A DNA stretch of 64,000 nt, taken from IMG/VR virus record IMGVR_UViG_3300005617_000117, positions 38,815 to 102,814 of that record. One strand, written 5' to 3'. Each line of letters starts with the position of its first letter. Positions within the stretch are counted from its first letter, which is position 1. The notes below the pieces were generated by a model, which saw nothing but the letters and a program-made list of their open reading frames with translations, did no database searches and was not told where the DNA came from. Shown in pieces: positions 58,087-64,000 of this stretch. Made by a program: the position numbers and the translations under genes. Source of the DNA: a virus.

Positions 58087-58091
58087 CACCC

Positions 58092-58718
58092 CTAGTCTCT
58101 CCAGATAAAATCGAAAGTTGATGATGATAATACGTCGTCACCGCAATACCGACGCATTTCATTATACAGTTCTAGGTCATGATCCTCCACGTTATTAGGG
58201 TTCCAACCCTTAGTCTTGTTGAAAACATCCATTGTATGGCACATACCCCCACAAGTTATATTGTCAACAATGCCTATCCTTTTTAGGACTTTCTTTGAGC
58301 TACGGGGGCTTTTATGCTTTAATTTGTATAGATCGGCATAACTGTAGAAGAGTTTGAAGTCTGGCCAAGTCTTGCGGTCTTCAATAAACTGATTAAATTT
58401 CCACAGTCTATCGCCGTGCCAAATATCGTCGTCATCTAGGTAGCATATCCAATCGCAGTCGGTTGGCACATATTTCATTGCATAGTTGCGGGCAGAAGCA
58501 CCACTATCATTGGAGCGTTTTTCATTTCCCTGGGAAAGATTAATAATTCTACAATCGTCGGGTAAAAATCCGCCCATGAATAAAACTCTATGAGCGTCGT
58601 CCCAATCCCACGAAACAATAAGATTCCAGTTACTATAGGTCTGTGCAATAACGGAGTTGATTGCTTCCAGTAGACTATCGCGGCCTATAGTTGGAAGAAC
58701 GATGCCAAACTTATTCAT
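58092..58718 (-). CDS. GT2 glycosyltransferase (outside the main island)
   Basis: IVLPT.GR, AINSVIAQTY.NW, GASARN, YLDDDD, GW....EDHD. Confidence 0.85.
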   Translation of the reverse strand: MNKFGIVLPTIGRDSLLEAINSVIAQTYSNWNLIVSWDWDDAHRVLFMGGFLPDDCRIINLSQGNEKRSNDSGASARNYAMKYVPTDCDWICYLDDDDIWHGDRLWKFNQFIEDRKTWPDFKLFYSYADLYKLKHKSPRSSKKVLKRIGIVDNITCGGMCHTMDVFNKTKGWNPNNVEDHDLELYNEMRRYCGDDVLSSSTFDFIWRD

Positions 58719-58831
58719 TTCTCTTTCATTTCATTGTAGGTAGTTGACTGTTGTGGGTCTGGCGAATCTCTTAAATTCTGATGAATACAGGCTAACCAAA
58801 AACAACCTACTATGATGATTGCTAGAATCAT
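58715..58831 (-). CDS. Small membrane protein (38 aa; not in ORF track)
   Basis: MILAIIIVGCFWLACIHQNL...; ATGA overlaps with both flanking genes. Confidence 0.55.
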   Translation of the reverse strand: MILAIIIVGCFWLACIHQNLRDSPDPQQSTTYNEMKEK

Positions 58832-59316
58832 GACTTAAGTGGCCTCCATATGAACATTTCAGTGGGGATTCTGTAGGCTGGCTTGTCTCCGAAGCCCGCC
58901 CACCTAACAACCTCGCAGAAGTCAATTATCTTCTGTATCATATCGGCACTGATAATCGTGAAGACGGGGGCATCAGTTTCCCACCCATTGACAATAAGGA
59001 TCTTGCAACCCTGCTTGATATAAGACTTTAATTGCCCGACCTTTAGGTGGAATCTGGTTTTCAGGAATGGATTGCAGAACTTAACTTCTACCTTGCCGTG
59101 CCCTTCAACAACGAAGTCGGCCGTAGAATCTACATCCTTGTCCTTAAGGAACTTGCCGTCACGACCAACGGCCAAATTAGAGTAAACTGGTCTAGTGCCA
59201 GAGTCTTTTGCCAGTAGGTCTAGCCAGAGATTTAAAATCTCCTCTTCGGTTTTTGAGGCTTCCTTAATATCTTTTTTGAACTTGTCTTTACTTCTATTAT
59301 CGAAGCGATAGTTCAT
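58828..59316 (-). CDS. PD-(D/E)XK nuclease-fold protein
   Basis: E...ADF......VEVK. Confidence 0.55.
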   Translation of the reverse strand: MNYRFDNRSKDKFKKDIKEASKTEEEILNLWLDLLAKDSGTRPVYSNLAVGRDGKFLKDKDVDSTADFVVEGHGKVEVKFCNPFLKTRFHLKVGQLKSYIKQGCKILIVNGWETDAPVFTIISADMIQKIIDFCEVVRWAGFGDKPAYRIPTEMFIWRPLKS

Positions 59317-59319
59317 GTG

Positions 59320-59886
59320 TTATACCTTGATTTCAAGTAGCTTGCGAAACTTATGAAGCAGGCGGGCAGTTGCAATAACATCGAATAGTGCTTCGTGAAA
59401 GCCGCCCTTAACATCTGACATATCAATCCCAAAGAACTGAATAGCTTGCTTGAGAGAAGACCCGGACGGAGACTTTTGATTTCCAAGTGTCAGTTGGATT
59501 AGTGGATATGTGTCTAAATATCTATAAGTAAATAGAGTTGAAAAGCGATGTGGCTCAATCTTGTATAGCCAATGCGATGCGAACGCAATATCGAAATGAA
59601 TGTTTTGCCCGCCAATTAAGAAGCATCCGTGATTGACCCAAAGATCCAACAGCTTATCACCAATCTTCTCTGGTTCAAGGCCATTAGCTTGGCACTCGGC
59701 CACAGTTAGGCCGTTCTTGTCAAGTGCCTCTTGTTCGACATTATATTCTGGTAGTTTAATTAGACTGGAAAACTGTTCTAGAATTTCTCCGGTATCAACA
59801 TTAGTTACAACTGCACCAATTGATAAGGGCGAATGTCTCTTGAAATCTAGCCCTCCGGTTTCAAAGTCAAAAATCAATGTCTTCAT
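59320..59886 (-). CDS. DEDDh 3'-5' exonuclease (DnaQ-like)
   Basis: FDFETGG, GQNIHFD, LDT, HEALFD. Confidence 0.9.
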   Translation of the reverse strand: MKTLIFDFETGGLDFKRHSPLSIGAVVTNVDTGEILEQFSSLIKLPEYNVEQEALDKNGLTVAECQANGLEPEKIGDKLLDLWVNHGCFLIGGQNIHFDIAFASHWLYKIEPHRFSTLFTYRYLDTYPLIQLTLGNQKSPSGSSLKQAIQFFGIDMSDVKGGFHEALFDVIATARLLHKFRKLLEIKV

Positions 59887-60110
59887 TTTACACCTTCTAT
59901 GATAATCACTGGACGACTACAAAGTTTAATAGCGTCTGATACTATGGCTTCTATAGACCTGTATCCACCAAAACCATTGTAATGTTTAATAAACGCACCA
60001 TCTATTATATCCCTAGTCTGTTCGGCAATAGGAATAGCTCTTAAACCCGTAACATTGCCATCGCTGATAGCGAATAATATTTGTTTAATTGCTGCGTCAA
60101 CGGTGAGCAT
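59883..60110 (-). CDS. Hypothetical protein
   Basis: 75 aa, AAGGA RBS, downstream of a sigma70-like promoter. Confidence 0.55.
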   Translation of the reverse strand: MLTVDAAIKQILFAISDGNVTGLRAIPIAEQTRDIIDGAFIKHYNGFGGYRSIEAIVSDAIKLCSRPVIIIEGVK

Positions 60111-60141
60111 ATGGGGTATCCTTTGAAACTGATCTGCAAGT

Positions 60142-60169
60142 AGTATAACTCAAGAACTTAGTTCGTCAA
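60142..60169 (-). promoter_or_regulatory. Sigma70-like (early/middle) promoter
   Basis: Minus strand TTGACG-16 nt-TATACT with an AT-rich upstream region, in a 130-nt intergenic gap. Confidence 0.55.
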
Positions 60170-60241
60170 CCCTTTTCTTATACAAAAATCGTACCAATTA
60201 AAAATTGGAATTAAATCCAAATTCTAGGAGTGCCAGTAAAA

Positions 60242-60418
60242 TCAACTGGAACTAGGTGGCGTCTGAGCCGGAGGCTGTACGTTACTTATGGCAAGAAGTT
60301 GCCCAAAGATAATGTATACGTCCGGTAACGAGCTACCTTTATAGACTACATTCTCATTAGTCATTAGCTGAATAAGTAGGCGAGACTGGTCGCCCGTAAG
60401 ACTGATATTGTTTTGCAT
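60242..60418 (-). CDS. Small hypothetical protein
   Basis: TAATG-coupled to the kinase gene. Confidence 0.45.
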   Translation of the reverse strand: MQNNISLTGDQSRLLIQLMTNENVVYKGSSLPDVYIIFGQLLAISNVQPPAQTPPSSS

Positions 60419-61116
60419 TATAGATTTTCCCAAATTAATTTTGCTATCTTTTTAGCTTCTTCGGCAAGCTCATTAAGCGTACCATTATTATTTACTATGG
60501 TGCAACCAACTTGAGTAAAGTCATATTTATCTAGAGCGGTTTCCGAAGGATGATTATCGTTGTGTCCAGTATCCCTACTAATACGAATTACAAGCCCCAT
60601 ATTTTTCAGGGTTTCTTCAACTTCATTGGGGAATCGACAATCGGCAATAAATACTACGTCCACAGGAGCATACTCTGTTGCCCACTCTTGTTTAAATGGA
60701 TATTCTGCCCACACATTATTATAGACTCTCTCGCGGAAGATGTCGGTGCCCATCACTTGGAGAAGTTCGCGGTGAGTCATGGGGCCGGTACGTGGTACTG
60801 GCTTTAAGTCGCCAAAATGAGGATCTCTGCTAGTAAAGTTATCACGCACTTCTTCAAGACAATATTTTTTTCTAACTTCTAGCGGAAAGCCATCCCACAG
60901 AACGCTCGTCGGTTGCTCTTTATCGGCATTACTTCCATATACGAACTTTGGATTAAGCCCGAATAGTTTGATACAGATTTCTTTTAGAGGATCTGCAAAG
61001 TGCGTAATTGCTACTTCATAATTCGATAAAACTAATTCGGTTGCTAAAAATTGTGCAAACTGATCCTTACCCGATCCCTTCTTTCCAGAGATAGCAATAA
61101 ATAGCGGCTTGCTCAC
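60418..61116 (-). CDS. Deoxynucleoside monophosphate kinase
   Basis: SGKKGSGKD, FADPLK, RELLQVMGT, DCRFPNE, HPSE. Confidence 0.9.
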   Translation of the reverse strand: MSKPLFIAISGKKGSGKDQFAQFLATELVLSNYEVAITHFADPLKEICIKLFGLNPKFVYGSNADKEQPTSVLWDGFPLEVRKKYCLEEVRDNFTSRDPHFGDLKPVPRTGPMTHRELLQVMGTDIFRERVYNNVWAEYPFKQEWATEYAPVDVVFIADCRFPNEVEETLKNMGLVIRISRDTGHNDNHPSETALDKYDFTQVGCTIVNNNGTLNELAEEAKKIAKLIWENL

Positions 61117-61397
61117 GACTCAAAGTCCTTAACTTTACCTACATATACCGCCCCGGTTGTTGCTTCGTTCGTAATACAAACTACTGTCTCGCCAGCCTTG
61201 TACGCCTTTTCCTTCTTACGAAGCAAGATGGCATTCTTGGCGTGACCAACATTATGATATATCTTGTAGAGTGCCCAATCTTGTTTGGGGCCAAACACGC
61301 CAGGAATATACGGAGTGTCCGCCACTCGCACCCATAGAGTATAAATCCCTAGGTTTTTGATATTCCTTTTTAGAGGATAAAATCCCGCACAACTCAT
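61113..61397 (-). CDS. Hypothetical protein
   Basis: ATGA-coupled to the upstream gene. Confidence 0.5.
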   Translation of the reverse strand: MSCAGFYPLKRNIKNLGIYTLWVRVADTPYIPGVFGPKQDWALYKIYHNVGHAKNAILLRKKEKAYKAGETVVCITNEATTGAVYVGKVKDFES

Positions 61398-61651
61398 ACT
61401 ATATCTCCATTTTTTGCTATACAATCGTTTTCATAAGGACTTAAGAGGCGTCTCACTAATTCCAGCTTCGCACACTCAAGAGCCCCAATAACAGTATTAT
61501 GAGCAGCATAGTTGCCACCAAGCCTCTTAACCATATCCCAGGCGAGACGGCTAATACAGTAATTAAATTCGCCGGGTGAGATTATGTTGGCGTTAAGAGC
61601 GTCGATATAGAAGTCAAAACGTTGGCGATCTTTAGATGAGATGTAGGGCAT
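61394..61651 (-). CDS. Conserved phage protein (DUF6899-like)
   Basis: MPYI...R, GEFNY, GALECAKLE..RR...PYE...I.KNGD. Confidence 0.7.
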   Translation of the reverse strand: MPYISSKDRQRFDFYIDALNANIISPGEFNYCISRLAWDMVKRLGGNYAAHNTVIGALECAKLELVRRLLSPYENDCIAKNGDIV

Positions 61652-62090
61652 CTGACATCCTCTTAAGGAGGTGGGCTAAAGGCCATGTTATTAACTTATG
61701 TAAATAAAAATATACGCTTTTAATTACTGGGATCTTCGACAGGTACGAGTGACGTTTAACATAATTATGTATCTGCTTTGCTTCTTTACGAGCCTTTGCT
61801 ATTGCATCATCATGATAACCGCCATAACCCGTAATTGGTGCGTCAATATTATCTAATAGAACATCGTCCATATTCATTTGATGCATGTAAATATGTCCGA
61901 GTGGCGGGCTATCAAACTTGCCACCGATAATGCTATAGCATTTACCTTTTAATGCTTCATTATGAACCAATATAAAAGGAAATCCGTCTTCATAATCAAG
62001 AAAATAGATATCGCCGCCAGTTCCAGTAACTTCTACCTTTCCAGTAGGATCTAGCTCTTGTAAGATTTTTACTAATTCGCCAGACTTCAT
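61632..62090 (-). CDS. Hypothetical protein
   Basis: 152 aa, TAATG-coupled. Confidence 0.55.
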   Translation of the reverse strand: MKSGELVKILQELDPTGKVEVTGTGGDIYFLDYEDGFPFILVHNEALKGKCYSIIGGKFDSPPLGHIYMHQMNMDDVLLDNIDAPITGYGGYHDDAIAKARKEAKQIHNYVKRHSYLSKIPVIKSVYFYLHKLITWPLAHLLKRMSDALHLI

Positions 62091-63058
62091 TAAATGCTCC
62101 GCTTAATATCTGCAATCGCTCTACTGAAGTCATTATGCTCGAAAAGGAACTTCTTATCACGAATACATCCAGCCAACCAAATAGGAAGCTTGCGGGCTTC
62201 AAAGCCTTCCTCTAAAACGAAGAAGTTGGGGATGTTATAATCGACGGCAATTGTGGCTTCGCTTTTGGTGCCAGCACCTAACATCGCCGACTTATTAATG
62301 AGCGTTAAGATGGCGTCGCTATTCTTTATTGCTTCTAGGTCTTTCTCAATAAAGATCCCGCCTGCCCCGATATAATCTTCGAGCGATAGCTGATCCATAT
62401 TGGTGCCGTATCGATCATGCACGGCAAACCCTTCAAATACGGGGTTAAAGATATCATACCCGTGACGATATAGCGACGGGCTGACGATACTACGCCAGCT
62501 TGCTCCGCCATCGGGGGAGAATTGTTGGCCGCCCGAAAGATAAATAAGCTTATGTTTGCGGGGATAGCGTGCCGTGAATATCGGCGTTTTATTGGGGGCA
62601 AACTCCCGCAAATAGCGTTGCGTTAGGAGCCACAGATTGATCTCGTCGTCCTCGGACGACGGCTCTAAACTCACTGGATCTAGTTTAATAGACCACTTCT
62701 TATTGAAGGATTCGCAGAAATGATGCTTTTGTTCTGGAGTCCAAACAGTTACAGTAAAATTGGTGGCGTCAGTTGCTAGCCAGATGGCAATCGCCAATGG
62801 CGATAGCTTGTCCACATACTCTTCTGGATAACGCGGCTCCATACTTTCGCTATCAGTAAAGAATACCGGCTCGATCTTTTTGCGGAATGCGTTCCATTCT
62901 TTACTAGACACTCTCTTTCGCATTTCCCTCAGAGTGGTTTCAATCCATTCGCTGGTTAAAGCTAAGTCCAGGGTATGTAAATCATTCGGGCCGTCACACG
63001 AGCCACCGCTCATATGAAGGCCCACTAAAATTGCTTTGTCGTGTGAGGTTAATTTCAT
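62090..63058 (-). CDS. Degenerate LAGLIDADG domain fused to nucleoside 2-deoxyribosyltransferase-like domain
   Basis: N-terminal ILVGLHMSGGS and LSPLAIAIWLATDA; C-terminal IYLSGG, WR, FNP, DLEAIKNSD, GTKSE. Confidence 0.65.
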   Translation of the reverse strand: MKLTSHDKAILVGLHMSGGSCDGPNDLHTLDLALTSEWIETTLREMRKRVSSKEWNAFRKKIEPVFFTDSESMEPRYPEEYVDKLSPLAIAIWLATDATNFTVTVWTPEQKHHFCESFNKKWSIKLDPVSLEPSSEDDEINLWLLTQRYLREFAPNKTPIFTARYPRKHKLIYLSGGQQFSPDGGASWRSIVSPSLYRHGYDIFNPVFEGFAVHDRYGTNMDQLSLEDYIGAGGIFIEKDLEAIKNSDAILTLINKSAMLGAGTKSEATIAVDYNIPNFFVLEEGFEARKLPIWLAGCIRDKKFLFEHNDFSRAIADIKRSI

Positions 63059-63231
63059 ATATCCCTCGGATTAGCAAGAAAACTTATTGTGAATCCTATT
63101 GCAAGAACTATATGCAATACAATTAGAATGCATAGAACTATTGGTGAAAATAGTGTCAGGCCAATGCCAATAAACCATTTATCTGATAAATCTAACCTAT
63201 TCCATGCTCTTACATACTTATGTAGTAACAT
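63055..63231 (-). CDS. Small membrane protein (58 aa; not in ORF track)
   Basis: MLLHKYVRAWNRLDLSDKWFIGIGLTLFSPIVLCILIVLHIVLAIGF...; overlaps both neighbours. Confidence 0.55.
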   Translation of the reverse strand: MLLHKYVRAWNRLDLSDKWFIGIGLTLFSPIVLCILIVLHIVLAIGFTISFLANPRDI

Positions 63232-64000
63232 TCTGCTTTGCCTCCGCTACTAGCTCTTCCTCTGTCATTTTCCAGAGCCATTCGGTTGGCTCTTTGTTAG
63301 AGACAAGCTGGAAGACGCCAGCCTGATATGCCTTCGGCACATTAACTTGAATCCAAAGAGCACACTGCTTCTTCCACTCTTTTGGGTCATGCGAAGGCGA
63401 AATGCCAGACGATTGGGTGCTTACTGCCGCCCAATACTGGTGAATAAGCTTGTTAAGAGCTACGAACTTATTGTTGACCAACGCCACCAAATCGTCCAGG
63501 GTCGCTTGCCAAGTCGGCGGGCACTGAGCAGCCACCGCCGCTATCGAACCGTCCCGGCAGCCCTCCACGACGCGAGGAATGGAGACGTTGGTGAGGAATC
63601 GGTGGGCCATTACATAGACCGGCGACTTCGCCTTAACGCGAAGACCTGACGTAAAGCGTATTACATAACCCTCTGCGTTCTCTGCGAACGTAAGATTTTC
63701 TAGATCGATGTGGCCGTAAATCTTGGGACGACCGAAGCCACAAAAGATAGCAAGACCATCTACTTCTAATGTAGACCATTCTGAGCCGTCTCGATTAAAG
63801 ACGGTCAATAAAATGAGTTCCCGCCGATCAGCATAATCAACAACAATGCGGTTCTCTGGATAGATTATCTCTACTACTGGCGTTACATTGTCTGGAATTG
63901 TAGATAGATCGTACTGCGATAACATCTTCGTAGCTTCGCGTGCCTGTGGCGAATCCATCGAGCCGGGCGTAGCCACGGCCCACTCACCCGTAGGCAGTTT
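63218..64000 (-). CDS. T4 Rnl1-like RNA ligase, 5'-truncated by the window edge
   Basis: Frame open to base 64000; AT.GS, EIIYPENRIVVDY, EGYVI, RVK.K...Y motifs. Confidence 0.85.
   Translation of the reverse strand, partial: KLPTGEWAVATPGSMDSPQAREATKMLSQYDLSTIPDNVTPVVEIIYPENRIVVDYADRRELILLTVFNRDGSEWSTLEVDGLAIFCGFGRPKIYGHIDLENLTFAENAEGYVIRFTSGLRVKAKSPVYVMAHRFLTNVSIPRVVEGCRDGSIAAVAAQCPPTWQATLDDLVALVNNKFVALNKLIHQYWAAVSTQSSGISPSHDPKEWKKQCALWIQVNVPKAYQAGVFQLVSNKEPTEWLWKMTEEELVAEAKQNVTT

Noticed and set aside
58731-58925. 64-aa ORF from the track
   Set aside because: It overlaps the nuclease gene; the 58715-58831 frame fits the gap with ATGA overlaps at both ends.
1-64000. Stop-codon reassignment
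   Set aside because: Known enzymes are full length in code 11, and TAA, TAG and TGA all end genes at overlap junctions.
1-64000. CRISPR array, tRNA genes, DGR repeats, IS elements
   Set aside because: Intergenic gaps are 130 nt or less with no periodic repeats or cloverleafs, and no RT or transposase was seen. The Cas4-like gene sits in a replication context.

Overview
This 64 kb window looks like a segment of a large (jumbo-type) tailed dsDNA bacteriophage genome using the standard genetic code. Coding is very dense, with ATGA/TAATG overlaps. The + strand (1-52680) carries, in order: a Ser-Gly-rich putative virion module (1-4439); a replication/recombination module (RecA, DnaB, DnaG, Cas4/AddB-like nuclease, ClpP, DnaE, SSB, small sigma factor; 4500-15715); a ~22.5 kb glycan-biosynthesis island (about 12 glycosyltransferase-like genes, 4 SAM methyltransferases, HAD + nucleotidyltransferase, Gmd/Fcl, IMPDH/GMPR; 15705-38209); nucleotide metabolism genes (NrdJ, dCMP deaminase, ThyX, SLOG, Whirly-like protein); and a second Ser-Gly-rich virion module ending in a holin-like gene (48365-52680). 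The convergent - strand block (52667-64000) encodes peptide deformylase, methionine aminopeptidase, UDG, a degenerate YhaM, a second sigma factor, a DEDDh exonuclease, a dNMP kinase, a LAGLIDADG-NDT fusion and an RNA ligase. Two candidates stand out. (1) A shared structured leader (AGTGTA ... P1-AGRCGGTATCT-A-P1') lies within or before both virion modules, followed by a terminator in one copy and an SD-sequestering hairpin in the other. (2) A possible virion glycosylation system pairs the glycan island with a Ser-Gly motif enriched in the structural proteins. All family calls come from motif recognition by eye; no database searches were run.
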